Assembly: GCA_963727765.1 (NCBI GenBank)
Contig: CAVSGZ010000013.1
Span: forward strand, 88,491-152,490
Direction of reading: 5' to 3'
From: an uncultured Acidobacteriota bacterium
GTDB lineage: Bacteria; Acidobacteriota; Vicinamibacteria; Vicinamibacterales; Fen-181
DNA length: 64,000 bases
Each line of letters opens with the position of its first letter. Positions within the stretch are counted from its first letter, which is position 1. The translations under genes were made by a program, and so were the position numbers. Below are positions 47,373 through 57,223 of the stretch, in pieces. Under the pieces are notes generated by a model. That model did not search any database, was not told the DNA's origin, and saw only the letters and a program-made list of their open reading frames with translations.

Positions 47373-49091
47373 TTACTCGAGCTGGCCGGAGGCGCGGAAG
47401 GTCTGCTCCTCGCGGAGGCCGCGATCGAATTCCTTGCGGAGGAACCCGGGCCTGACGCCGCCCCCGACGATGTCCCAGGGTAGGACCAGGTCCTGACTGC
47501 GGTCCCTGAAGACGTACCAGTCGGGGTCGATGCCAGCCGCCGCCGCCGCGGCGCGCCACTGCCCGCCGTTGCGCTCGGCTTCTTCGATCACCGGGGCGAC
47601 GCGGCGGTCGCCAAGCGAGAGCAGGGCCTGGTAGAAGGAGTTTCGCTCGGACTTGATGGAGAAGTGGACGTTGTCGAGGCTGGCCACCAACTGGCGCAGG
47701 CGCCGCATCTTGCGTTCGGTGGCTTCCGGCGCCTCGATGGCCATCCACTGGTAAGCCGTTCCCGGCTTGGGGACGAGGGGGTTCACGCTGGCCACAATCC
47801 GGCCGACCGTGCCGCGGCCGCGGGCGTGCCGCAGCATCGTTTCCCGCAGTGAGACGGTCAGGTCCCGGATCGCCACCAGGTCGTCGTCGGTTTCGGTGGG
47901 CAGGCCGATCATGTAGTAGAGCTTCAGGTTCTCGATGCCCGAGGCGAACACGAGCTCGGCCCGGTCCAGGATCTGGGCGTTGGTGACCGTCTTGTTGATC
48001 ACGCGCCGGAGGCGATCCGACCCGGTCTCTGGCGCAATCGTGATCGAGCGCTCGCCGCTCTCGCGCAGGATGCGGACGATCGGTTCAGTGATGTCGTCGA
48101 GCCGGAGCGAGGCGGGGCTGATGTGATAGCCGAGTTCGAACAGCCGATTGAGAATCCGCTCGATCTCCGGGTGGTCACAGAGGGCGATCGACACCAGGCC
48201 CACGCGCGACGCGTGGGGCCGCGCAGCCTCGGCCAGGCGCAGGATGCGGTCCGCGTCGAACGACCGGACGGGCAGGTAGTTGTACCCGGCCCAGCAGAAG
48301 CGGCAGAGGTTGGCGCAACCGCGGACCACCTCCACCAGGAGGCGCGAGCCGAACTCGGTGTCCGGCGAGAACACCGTGGTGGCCGGCGGGTCGGCGAAGT
48401 CCGTGGCGCGGAGGGTCGCCTTCGGCACCGGCGTCAGCAGGCCGGAGCCCGCGACGGGTTCAAATGCCGCGATCCGCCCGTCCGGGTCGTAACGGACGTC
48501 GACGAGCGCCGGTACGTACATCCCAGGCTGTCCAGCGAGGCGCCGTTCGATCGCCGCGTGGCCGCCGCCGCCGACGGCCCCCTCGACGAGTGCCGGCACG
48601 AGCACTTCGCCTTCGCCCGCGCAGACGACATCGACGAACGGGGCGAGCGGCTCGGGATTCAGGAAGCTGGTGGCTCCGCCGAGAACGATGAGCGGGTGGC
48701 GGTCGTCACGGTCCGCCGCGCGGACCGGCAGGCCGGCAAGCCGCAGCATGGTCAGGACGTTGGGATAGTCCCACTCGAACGACACCGAGAAGGCGAGCAC
48801 GTCGAAGTCGGCGACGGCCGTCTGCGACTCGAGGGTGATGATCCGCACGCCTGTTCTGAGCGCCTCGGCCAGCTCTTGTTTGGGCGGCAGGAACACGCGT
48901 TCGCACACGACATCGTCGCGCTCGTTGAAGAGGCGATAGACGGTCTGGAAGCCGAGGTTCGACATGCCAACGAAGTAAGTGTTGGGGAACGCGAGCGCCA
49001 CGCGCAGGCGGTCGGTGTGCGGCTTGCGGATGCAGCCGACTTCGCGGGAGAGGATTTCCCGCGCCCGTTCGCGGTGTTCCCAGGAGCTCAT
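47373..49091 (-). CDS. B12-binding-domain radical SAM protein
   Basis: 572 aa with a cobalamin-binding-like N-domain and the CxxxCxxC motif 'RGCANLCRFCWAG'. Confidence 0.8.
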   Translation of the reverse strand: MSSWEHRERAREILSREVGCIRKPHTDRLRVALAFPNTYFVGMSNLGFQTVYRLFNERDDVVCERVFLPPKQELAEALRTGVRIITLESQTAVADFDVLAFSVSFEWDYPNVLTMLRLAGLPVRAADRDDRHPLIVLGGATSFLNPEPLAPFVDVVCAGEGEVLVPALVEGAVGGGGHAAIERRLAGQPGMYVPALVDVRYDPDGRIAAFEPVAGSGLLTPVPKATLRATDFADPPATTVFSPDTEFGSRLLVEVVRGCANLCRFCWAGYNYLPVRSFDADRILRLAEAARPHASRVGLVSIALCDHPEIERILNRLFELGYHISPASLRLDDITEPIVRILRESGERSITIAPETGSDRLRRVINKTVTNAQILDRAELVFASGIENLKLYYMIGLPTETDDDLVAIRDLTVSLRETMLRHARGRGTVGRIVASVNPLVPKPGTAYQWMAIEAPEATERKMRRLRQLVASLDNVHFSIKSERNSFYQALLSLGDRRVAPVIEEAERNGGQWRAAAAAAGIDPDWYVFRDRSQDLVLPWDIVGGGVRPGFLRKEFDRGLREEQTFRASGQLE

Positions 49092-49254
49092 GGCGTCAGA
49101 TCGGAGAGGCAGCCATGGCAGTCCCGGACGAGGGTCGGGCCGAGCGCCGGCTCGAGTTGAAGCGCCGACGCTCGCGTGTGCCGTGGGTATTTTCAGTCTA
49201 CCACGCGCCGGGCACGCGGCCCGGCGGCGGCCTGGCCTGGAGAGCGACGGCCGG

Positions 49255-50544
49255 CTACCCCTGCTGGCGGCGCAGGAACGCTGGCACGTCGAGCGGCGAC
49301 GCCTCGCCCACGTCGGCCCCTTCCTCGGGGGACGGCTCGGCTGGCGCGCCGTTCACCACCGCGCGGGCCTGCGCGGGCACCGAGATGACCGACCGGCGGC
49401 GGACCGGAATCGAGGGCGTCACCGAACCGGTTTCGGCCGCGGGTACGGTCTGACGGTGCCCGTCGTACCAGGCCTGGTAGCTTTCGATGGCGACTGGCGT
49501 GTCGGTGCTGGGCCGCACGCCCTTGCCCGGCCGCCCGTCGCCGAACCCGGTGGCGATGACCGTGATCTTCACCTTTTCGCCGAGGCTCGGATCGACGACG
49601 GCGCCGAAGATGATGTTGGCGTCCTCGTGGGCGGCCTTGTAGATCGTGTGAGACGCGTCGTTGACCTCGCCGATGCCGAGGCTGCATCCGCCGGTGATGT
49701 TGATGATGACCCCTCGCGCACCGTCCACGCACGCATCCTCGAGCAGCGGGCTCGACACCGCCATCTTCGCGGCCTCGACTGCCCGGTCCTTGCCCTCCGC
49801 GATGCCGGTGCCCATCACGGCGACCCCCATGCCGCTCATGATTGCTTTGATGTCGGCGAAGTCGAGGTTGATGATCCCAGGCACGAGGATGAGGTCGGAG
49901 ATTCCCTGGATGGCCTGGCGCAGCACGTCGTCGGCCGCCGCGAACGCGTCGAGCAGCGACTGGCTCCGATTGACCGCCAGGACCCGCTCGTTCGGGATGG
50001 TGATGACGCTGTCGACCGTCTGGCGCAGCTCGATCAGGCCCTGCTCGGCCTGGCGGTTGCGCCGGCCCCCTTCGAAGATGAACGGCTTGGTCACGACCGC
50101 GATCGTGAGCGCCCCAATCTCGCTGGCGAGGCTGGCCACGACCGGCGCCGCGCCGGTGCCCGTGCCGCCGCCCATCCCCGCCGTCACGAACACCATGTCC
50201 GCGTCGTCGAGCGCCTCGAGCAGCCGCTCGGTGTCCTCGAGCGCGGCAGCCCGGCCGACGGCGGGATCGGCGCCGGCGCCCAGCCCCTTGGTCAGCTTCT
50301 CGCCGAGCTGCACCTTGATCGGCGCGACGCTCTGCTGCAGCGCCTGCACGTCAGTGTTGGCGACGATGAACTCGACGCCGACGAAGCCGGTTCGCACCAT
50401 CCGGTTCACGGCGTTGCTCCCGCCGCCGCCGACGCCAATCACCTTGATCCGCGCGCCGAGCCGCCGCGGGTCCTCGCCGAATTGGATCCGCAGCGATTCG
50501 GTCAACGCGTCGCTGCCGGGGATCAGGTGCTGCACGTTCGCCAT
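49255..50544 (-). CDS. ftsZ: Cell division GTPase FtsZ
   Basis: '[17 protein letters not shown]', the '[11 protein letters not shown]' tubulin signature, and the C-terminal 'DVPAFLRRQ' peptide. Confidence 0.97.
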   Translation of the reverse strand: MANVQHLIPGSDALTESLRIQFGEDPRRLGARIKVIGVGGGGSNAVNRMVRTGFVGVEFIVANTDVQALQQSVAPIKVQLGEKLTKGLGAGADPAVGRAAALEDTERLLEALDDADMVFVTAGMGGGTGTGAAPVVASLASEIGALTIAVVTKPFIFEGGRRNRQAEQGLIELRQTVDSVITIPNERVLAVNRSQSLLDAFAAADDVLRQAIQGISDLILVPGIINLDFADIKAIMSGMGVAVMGTGIAEGKDRAVEAAKMAVSSPLLEDACVDGARGVIINITGGCSLGIGEVNDASHTIYKAAHEDANIIFGAVVDPSLGEKVKITVIATGFGDGRPGKGVRPSTDTPVAIESYQAWYDGHRQTVPAAETGSVTPSIPVRRRSVISVPAQARAVVNGAPAEPSPEEGADVGEASPLDVPAFLRRQQG

Positions 50545-50878
50545 TCACGCCTCCAGGGTTCGTGCCCTCAGATGTCCGTCGTCGGTTCAAGGCCGTGCCG
50601 TCGAAGCCACGCCGTCCGCGGCCGATGCCGCGCCGCGCGTGGATCAGGGTCGTGCCGTTCTGCCGGCCTGCGCCTTCAGCATCTGCGGCCGGACCAGCGC
50701 CAGCCGCGTGCGAAGCGGCATCTGGATCACCGTGCCGCCACGCAGCCATGTCCCGCCTCGCGCGAGCGCTCCGCGGTCCGGTGTCGGCCCCGGCAGGGCC
50801 TGGTCCGGACGAACCGCTCGTGCCGCCTGCGCCGCCGGCGATTCACGATGCAGAGTCATGCGAGTTGCGCTCCATCGC

Positions 50879-52150
50879 TCACTGGATGAACTCCTGCCAC
50901 CACCGCCGGAATTTCAAGCCCAGCGCCGACCACCCTCCGGCGCCCTCGGCCGGGGCGTTGCGCAGCGAGAGCATGTGGGCACGCTGCGCCAGGCCCACGG
51001 CCGTCGCAAAGGCCGGGCTGTTCACGTGGTCCGCCAGCCCGCCGCCGATGCCGGCCGGCGACCCGCGCCGGATCGGCAGGTCGAAGATCTGCTCGGCGAT
51101 CTCGGGCAGGCCGTCGAGAATGGCGCCGCCGCCGGTCAGCACGATGCCCGAGTTGAGCGCCTTCTCATAGCCGGCGTGCCGGATCTCGTCCCACACCAGG
51201 TGGAAGATCTCCTCGGCCCTCGGCTGGAGCACCTCGCTGAGGATCCGCCGCCCCATCACGCGCGGGCGCCGCCCGCCGACGCTCGCCACCTCGATCGTCT
51301 CCTCTTCCTCGACCATCCCGGACAGCGCGCAGCCGCTGCGCCGCTTCAGCTTTTCCGCCTCGGGAATCGGCATCCGCAGGCCCACGGCGATGTCGTTGGT
51401 GAAGTGATCGCCGGCCACCGGGATCACGGCCGTATGCCACAGGCTGCCGCGCTGGAAGATGGCCAGGTCGGTCGTTCCGCCGCCGATGTCGAGCAGGGCC
51501 ACGCCCAGCTCCTTCTCGTCGTCGGTCAGCACGGCGGTGCTGGCGGCGAGCTGCCCGGGAATCGTCCCGGCCACGTGCACCTGGGCCCGGTTCACGCAGG
51601 CCACGATGTTCTGCGTCGCGTTCACGTTTCCCGTGATGATGTGGACGTTCACCTCGAGGCGCGTGCCGGTCATGCCCTCGGGCGCCCGGATCTCGTCCTG
51701 GTCGTCCACGACGAAGTCCTGCGGGTGGACGTGCAGGATCTGGCAGCCGGCCGGGAGCGACACGGCCTTGGCCGCGTCCATGGCGCGGTGGACGTCCTCG
51801 GCCGTGATCTCGCGGTTCTTGCCGGAGAGAGCCACGACGCCGCGGCTGTTGAACCCCTTGACGTGGAGCCCGCAGAGCGCGAGGTGCACGTTGTCGATCT
51901 CGATCCCTGCCGTCAGCTCCGCCTCGACGATCGCCTTCTTGATCGACTCCACGGCGGCCTCGAGATTGACGACGCGACCGCCGCGGATGCCGGTCGACTC
52001 GGCGACCCCCATGCCGACGATGTTCAGCGTGTTCTCTTCTCCTGGCTCGCCGACGATGGCCGTCGTCTTCGACGTGCCTACATCGAGGCCGACCAGGTAC
52101 CGTTCCCTTCGCGCCACGCTCCCTCCGCCGCCAAGCTGCTGGCCCTGCAC
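50879..52150 (-). CDS. ftsA: Cell division protein FtsA
   Basis: Actin-fold motifs 'VGLDVGTSKT', 'LDIGGGTTD' and 'GIVLTGGGA'. The exact start is uncertain. Confidence 0.93.
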   Translation of the reverse strand: MQGQQLGGGGSVARRERYLVGLDVGTSKTTAIVGEPGEENTLNIVGMGVAESTGIRGGRVVNLEAAVESIKKAIVEAELTAGIEIDNVHLALCGLHVKGFNSRGVVALSGKNREITAEDVHRAMDAAKAVSLPAGCQILHVHPQDFVVDDQDEIRAPEGMTGTRLEVNVHIITGNVNATQNIVACVNRAQVHVAGTIPGQLAASTAVLTDDEKELGVALLDIGGGTTDLAIFQRGSLWHTAVIPVAGDHFTNDIAVGLRMPIPEAEKLKRRSGCALSGMVEEEETIEVASVGGRRPRVMGRRILSEVLQPRAEEIFHLVWDEIRHAGYEKALNSGIVLTGGGAILDGLPEIAEQIFDLPIRRGSPAGIGGGLADHVNSPAFATAVGLAQRAHMLSLRNAPAEGAGGWSALGLKFRRWWQEFIQ

Positions 52151-52186
52151 CGTCCTGTCACGACTCCGGCGTCGGCCGGCCGCCGG

Positions 52187-53089
52187 CTACTCCCGTCCCG
52201 ACCGTCCGCCCTTCCTGCCGGCCGATGCGCGCGTCCCACCGACCGCGCGCGCCGCCCCTGCGCCCGCAGGCACCGGCGCAGCCGCCGCCTGCGACCCGAC
52301 GTACACCCGCTCGCCAAACCTGAGATCGACGTAGTCGATCGCCTGCACCTGCGCGTGCAGCGTGGGCGCGAGGTCGACGTACGACTGCAGCCGCTCCAGG
52401 AACCGCTCGTCCCCGAGCCTCACTCGCGCCGTGTCCTGGTCGATGATGACGACGGCGTCGCGCGGGTCCGACACGTCGACCTGCGAGATCCGCCGGGCCA
52501 GATCGGGACGCGTGCGCACGTCCCGGAGCAGCCTCGACGCCAGTTGCGCCCGCCGCTCGTTGGTGTCGGCATCGGTGGCGGCGCCGCGCATCAGACCATC
52601 GACGATCGGCAGGTCGAAGTCGGCGTACCTCGGCCCGTACTCGTCGATCTGATCGCCGTGCTCGTCCACGAGGAACAGGTCCTCCCCCACCCGCCCAATC
52701 GCCATCGGGCGCCGCTCGAGGATGCGCACGACGATCGTCGCCGGGAGCGAGCGGCTGATCGTCGCGTCGGCCACCCACGGAGAGGCCTTGACGCGGCGCC
52801 GGTAGTCCTCGAGCCGCACGCCGAGGATGTTCTGGCCGCGGAGCCCGTCGACCAGCGCAAGCACGTCGCCCTTGGACAAGTGCCGCGTGCCGCTGACCTC
52901 GATCGTGGCCACGCGCAGCATCGGCGCCCGCATCACCGCCACCGCGCACCACGCCGCCAAGCCCGTCGCCGCCGCAGCGGCGGCGACGACCAGCGCAACG
53001 CGCAGCCAGAGCCGCCACGGCGCGTGCCGCCGGCCGGGCTTGACCTGCGCCCGCAGGAACCGACGATCGGCAGGAAGTGTTACCGGCAC
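52187..53089 (-). CDS. ftsQ: Cell division protein FtsQ (POTRA domain)
   Basis: One TM helix, then POTRA 'IEVSGTRHLSKGDVLALV', in the position between murC and ftsA. Confidence 0.85.
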   Translation of the reverse strand: MPVTLPADRRFLRAQVKPGRRHAPWRLWLRVALVVAAAAAATGLAAWCAVAVMRAPMLRVATIEVSGTRHLSKGDVLALVDGLRGQNILGVRLEDYRRRVKASPWVADATISRSLPATIVVRILERRPMAIGRVGEDLFLVDEHGDQIDEYGPRYADFDLPIVDGLMRGAATDADTNERRAQLASRLLRDVRTRPDLARRISQVDVSDPRDAVVIIDQDTARVRLGDERFLERLQSYVDLAPTLHAQVQAIDYVDLRFGERVYVGSQAAAAPVPAGAGAARAVGGTRASAGRKGGRSGRE

Positions 53090-53117
53090 GATGACACGCC
53101 TCTCGGTCCTCTCCCGC

Positions 53118-54512
53118 TCACTGCTGTCCCGCCCTCAGTTCGGCCAGGATGGCCTCCGACGCCGCGCCAATCGAGCCGGCGCCGAGCGTCATCACGATGT
53201 CGCCGGAGGCGGCCAGCCGCGCGATTGCCGCCGGAACGTCCCGGACGTCCCGCACCACGTGCAGCGGCCCGCGGATTCCGCGCCGGATCGCCGCCGCGAG
53301 TGCGTCCAGCGTCACCCCGGGAATCGGGTCCTCGCCCGCCGCGTAGATGTCGGTCAGCACCACGACATCCGCGCCCGACAGCGCCGGGCCGAACAGGTCC
53401 ATCAGCCTCCGCGTCCGCGAGAAACGGTGCGGCTGGAATACGACCACCAGCCGTCCCCCGAAGGCCGCGCGCGCCGCTCCGATCACGGCCGCGATCTCCG
53501 TCGGGTGGTGGCCGTAGTCCTCGATCACCCTGACACCGCGCGCCTCGCCGTGATCCTGGAACCGCCGCTCGGCGCCGCGGAACGCGTCGAGCGCCGCCGC
53601 GATCCGGTCGAACGGCACGCCGAGATCCAGCCCCACGGCGACCGCGGCGAGCGCGTTCTGCAGGTTGTGCCGCCCCGGCACGTGCAGGACGATCGAGCCC
53701 AGCGCGACCGGCTCGCCGCTCCCCGTGTGCACGACGGTGCACCGCCAGTCGAACCCCGATCCGGTGACGTCCACGCCGCGGTAGTGCGCGTCCGCGGCGT
53801 CCAGCCCGTAGGTCGTCACGCGCCGCGTCATCGCCGGCAGCAGCGCGCGAAGGTGCGCGTCGTCGGCGCAGGCCACGATGGTGCCGTAGAACGGCACCTT
53901 GTTCGCGAAGTCGACGAAGGCCTGCTGCAGGTCCTCGAAGTCGCGGTAGCTCTCGAGATGCTCGTGGTCGATGTTCGTCACCACCGCCACCGACGGCGTC
54001 AGCTTCAGGAACGACCGGTCGCTCTCGTCCGCCTCGACCACCATGAACTCGCCGCGGCCCAGCCGGGCGCTGCTGCCGAACGCGCTCAGCCGCCCGCCGA
54101 TGACGGCCGTCGGATCGAGCCCGCCCCGCTCCAGCACGAGGGCGATCATCGACGTCGTGGTCGTCTTGCCGTGCGCCCCGGCCACGGCCACGCTGTACTT
54201 GAGACGCATCAGCTCGGCCAGCATCTCGGCCCGGGGAATCACCGGGATGCGGCGCCTCTTGGCCTCGACGATCTCCGCGTTGGTCGGCCTGACGGCCGAC
54301 GAGTACACCACGACGTCCGCGTCCCCGACGTGCGCGGGATCGTGCCCTTCCTCGATCCGAACGCCCAACGACGCGAGGTGCGCCGTGACCGGGGACGCCG
54401 TCGCGTCCGAGCCGCTCACCACGTACCCGAGGTTGGCGAGCAGTTCGGCGATCCCGCTCATGCCGCTGCCGCCGATGCCCACGAAATGCACTCGCCTGGT
54501 CCGTCCCAGCAC
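53118..54512 (-). CDS. murC: UDP-N-acetylmuramate--L-alanine ligase
   Basis: 'VHFVGIGGSGMSGIAE' and 'VAGAHGKTTTTSM', with Mur ligase middle and C-terminal domains. Confidence 0.95.
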   Translation of the reverse strand: MLGRTRRVHFVGIGGSGMSGIAELLANLGYVVSGSDATASPVTAHLASLGVRIEEGHDPAHVGDADVVVYSSAVRPTNAEIVEAKRRRIPVIPRAEMLAELMRLKYSVAVAGAHGKTTTTSMIALVLERGGLDPTAVIGGRLSAFGSSARLGRGEFMVVEADESDRSFLKLTPSVAVVTNIDHEHLESYRDFEDLQQAFVDFANKVPFYGTIVACADDAHLRALLPAMTRRVTTYGLDAADAHYRGVDVTGSGFDWRCTVVHTGSGEPVALGSIVLHVPGRHNLQNALAAVAVGLDLGVPFDRIAAALDAFRGAERRFQDHGEARGVRVIEDYGHHPTEIAAVIGAARAAFGGRLVVVFQPHRFSRTRRLMDLFGPALSGADVVVLTDIYAAGEDPIPGVTLDALAAAIRRGIRGPLHVVRDVRDVPAAIARLAASGDIVMTLGAGSIGAASEAILAELRAGQQ

Positions 54513-54515
54513 GCG

Positions 54516-55616
54516 TCACTCCGTCGCCGACGCCTGCTGCGAGATGTTCAGCAGCACGCCCATGGCCACGAGGCTCACCAGCATCGACGATCCGCCGGCG
54601 CTGACAAACGGCAGCGGAATTCCCTTCGACGGCAGCAGGCCGATCACCACGCCGAGGTTCACCATCGCCTGGAGGCCGATCATCGTCGTGATGCCGACGG
54701 CCAGCAGGGCGCCGAAGGCGTCCGGCGCGCGGCGCGCCACGCGCAGCCCGCGCCAGATGATGACCGCGAAGCACAGCAGCACCGCCACCGATCCGATCAG
54801 GCCGCGCTCCTCGGCGATGACCGCGAAGATGTAGTCGCTGTGCGCCTCCGGCAGGTAGAACATCTTCTGCACGCCGGCCATGAACCCCTTGCCCCACACG
54901 CCGCCAGTCCCCACCGCGATGAGCGACTGGATGGTCTGGAATCCCTTGCCCAACGGGTCGTCGTACGGGTTGAGGAACGCGGTCCACCGCCGGACGCGGT
55001 AGGGCGACAGCAGCATCACGGCGACGAGCGGCACCGGCATGACGAGCAGCGCCGTGACCACGCGCCGGTACGACAGCCCCGCGACGAACACCATCGCGCA
55101 GACGGTGGCCAGCAGCACGAGGCCGCTCCCGTAGTCGGGCTCGACCACGATGAGCGCGACGAAGACGAGCAGCAGCGAGCCGGCCTGGATCAAGCCGGGA
55201 TCGAGCGCTTCGCGTTCCTCCAGCCTGCGCTCAAGCACCGTGGCGACAAACAGGATGGCCACCAGCTTGGCGAGCTCAGACGGCTGGATGCCGAGGCTGC
55301 CGAAGCCCAGCCACCGGTGGGCGTTGTTGACGGGTCGGCAGAAGAAGACGGCGACCAGCGCGAGAACGGTCATCCCGGCGACCCACAGCAGCGCGGTACG
55401 GTTGCGGAAGCGTCGGTAGTCGATCGTCATGGCCGTGAATAGGAAGACCAGCCCGAGGGCCACCCACATGCCCTGCCGGATGACGAAGTAGCCGGGGTCG
55501 TGGATCTTCTCGCCGGCGGTCACCACCGAGGCGCTGTACACCCAGGCCATGCCGATGACGAGCAGCAGCAGGGTGGTGGTGAACAGCACCGCGTCCGATT
55601 TGAGCTTCCGAGCCAT
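54516..55616 (-). CDS. ftsW: SEDS-family peptidoglycan glycosyltransferase FtsW
   Basis: A 10-TM SEDS pattern with 'QPSELAKL', 'PEAHSDYIFAVIAEE' and 'PLPFVSAGGSS'. Confidence 0.92.
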   Translation of the reverse strand: MARKLKSDAVLFTTTLLLLVIGMAWVYSASVVTAGEKIHDPGYFVIRQGMWVALGLVFLFTAMTIDYRRFRNRTALLWVAGMTVLALVAVFFCRPVNNAHRWLGFGSLGIQPSELAKLVAILFVATVLERRLEEREALDPGLIQAGSLLLVFVALIVVEPDYGSGLVLLATVCAMVFVAGLSYRRVVTALLVMPVPLVAVMLLSPYRVRRWTAFLNPYDDPLGKGFQTIQSLIAVGTGGVWGKGFMAGVQKMFYLPEAHSDYIFAVIAEERGLIGSVAVLLCFAVIIWRGLRVARRAPDAFGALLAVGITTMIGLQAMVNLGVVIGLLPSKGIPLPFVSAGGSSMLVSLVAMGVLLNISQQASATE

Positions 55617-55813
55617 TGCGTCTCGCTCCCGCCCCCGCGTCGGCCGGGCCTACAGCGCGGTCCCGATCGATCCGAAACACCGACTGCGCGGCGTCTGCCC
55701 GTGAGCCGCCAGCAGTCATCAGTCAGCCGGGGTTGAGACACCGACCTCGCAGGCTGGGGCAGCCTGCGTTCCCAGCGGTCAGCTCTCAAACGCGCGGGCC
55801 GACTGACGACTGC

Positions 55814-57199
55814 TCACGGCTCACGGCGTCCGCCGTGCCCCTCCACGAGCTTCAGCACTTCCTGCTTGAAGACCCGTCCACGCTCCGCGTAATCCCGAAA
55901 CATGTCGAAGCTGGAGCACGCCGGCGCCAGCACGACGATGCCATCCGGCGGCGCCGCTCCAAGCGCCGCGCGCACCGCCTCGGCCATCGATCCGGCGTCG
56001 ATCACTGGTACAACGTCCGCCAGCGCCTCGCGCACGATCCCGCCCGCCTCGCCGATCGCGATCACGGCCGATGCACGCGCGCCGATGGCGGGGCGGAGAT
56101 CGCGGAAGTCGCCGCCCTTGTATCGGCCCCCGATGATTGGCACGACGCCGTGCTCGAAGCTCTCGATCGCCCGTCGCGCCGATTCGACGTTGGTGGCCTT
56201 CGAGTCGTTGACGAAGCGGACGCCGTTCACCGTCGCCACCGGCTCCAGTGCGTGCTCGAGCCCCGTGAACCCCGACACCGCGGCGCGGATGGCTTCAGCG
56301 CTCGCGCCGGCCAGCCTGGCAATCGTCGAGGCCGCCAGCACGTCGGAGAGCAGGTGGCGCCCGATCAGCCGAACCTCGCTGACGGGCAGCAGCGGCACCT
56401 CCGCCTCGCCCTTCACGCGCCACACGATCCAACCCTCCGACACCACCGTGCCGTCGGCGAGCGCCCGGTCCAGCGCGAACAGGCGCTTGGGCGCGCGCGC
56501 CCGCCGGGTCGCCAGCCTCATCGCGGGCGCGTCGTCGGCGTTCACGACCACCCAGTCGCCCTCGCCCTGATTCGCGAACACGCGCGCCTTCGCGGCGGCG
56601 TACTCGCGCAGGTTCGCGTGCCGATCGAGATGGTCGGCCGACAGGTTCAGAAGCGCCGCGATCCACGGGTGAAAGGTGACCGTGGTCTCCAGCTGGAAAC
56701 TGCTCACCTCGACCACGTGGATCGTCTCGTCCGTCGACGCGTCGACCTTGGCCGCGAGCGGGGCGCCGATGTTCCCGGCCACGGGGGCGTCGAAGCCGGC
56801 CGCGCTCAGCATGCGGCCCACCAGCGTCGTCGTCGTCGATTTCCCCTTGGTCCCCGTGATCGCCACGATCCGGCCCCTGAGCAGGCGCGAGGCCAGCTCC
56901 AGCTCGCCGATGATCGGCACATTCGCGCGCCGCGCGCGGACGAGCGCCGGCTGCCGCAACCGCACACCCGGACTGAGCACGACGAGGTCCGCCGACGTGA
57001 ACAGCTGCGGATCGTGCGGGCCGAGTGCCGTCGCGACGCCGGCGGCGTGCAGTCGATCGACATCCTCCAGCTCCGGCTTCAGGTCGGCCAGCGTCACCCG
57101 CGCGCCCCGGCGCGCGAGCAGCTCCGCGGCTGCGATGCCGCTGCGCGCGGCACCGACGACCACGACGCGCGAGCCAGTTACCTGAAAGTCGGACATCAC
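55814..57199 (-). CDS. murD: UDP-N-acetylmuramoylalanine--D-glutamate ligase
   Basis: 'VVVVGAARSGIAAA' and 'ITGTKGKSTTTTL', with a Mur ligase C-terminal domain. The start is either GTG at 57199 or ATG at 57196. Confidence 0.95.
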   Translation of the reverse strand: MMSDFQVTGSRVVVVGAARSGIAAAELLARRGARVTLADLKPELEDVDRLHAAGVATALGPHDPQLFTSADLVVLSPGVRLRQPALVRARRANVPIIGELELASRLLRGRIVAITGTKGKSTTTTLVGRMLSAAGFDAPVAGNIGAPLAAKVDASTDETIHVVEVSSFQLETTVTFHPWIAALLNLSADHLDRHANLREYAAAKARVFANQGEGDWVVVNADDAPAMRLATRRARAPKRLFALDRALADGTVVSEGWIVWRVKGEAEVPLLPVSEVRLIGRHLLSDVLAASTIARLAGASAEAIRAAVSGFTGLEHALEPVATVNGVRFVNDSKATNVESARRAIESFEHGVVPIIGGRYKGGDFRDLRPAIGARASAVIAIGEAGGIVREALADVVPVIDAGSMAEAVRAALGAAPPDGIVVLAPACSSFDMFRDYAERGRVFKQEVLKLVEGHGGRREP

Positions 57200-57223
57200 C
57201 CTTACGGTCCCCCTCGGCCCGCG

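Noticed and set aside
47373-49091. B12-binding radical SAM enzyme as a maturase for the Cys-rich peptides
   Set aside because: It is separated from the cassette by pgeF, acpS and another gene and is transcribed independently. It belongs to a widely conserved large rSAM type with no SPASM-like extra Cys clusters visible. No linkage evidence exists.
50644-50859. 71-aa ORF in the ftsA-ftsZ spacer as a small division protein
   Set aside because: It has Arg/Ala/Pro-rich composition, no SD and no recognisable motif. It was kept only as a note under the long-spacer finding.
49661-53533. 1290-aa plus-strand ORF, and likewise 55616..58825 (1069 aa) and 57224..60283 upstream part, overlapping the dcw genes
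   Set aside because: These are shadow ORFs antisense to, or out of frame with, ftsZ/ftsA/ftsQ/murC and murD/murF/murE. Their low-complexity Arg/Pro/Ala composition does not look like real protein.
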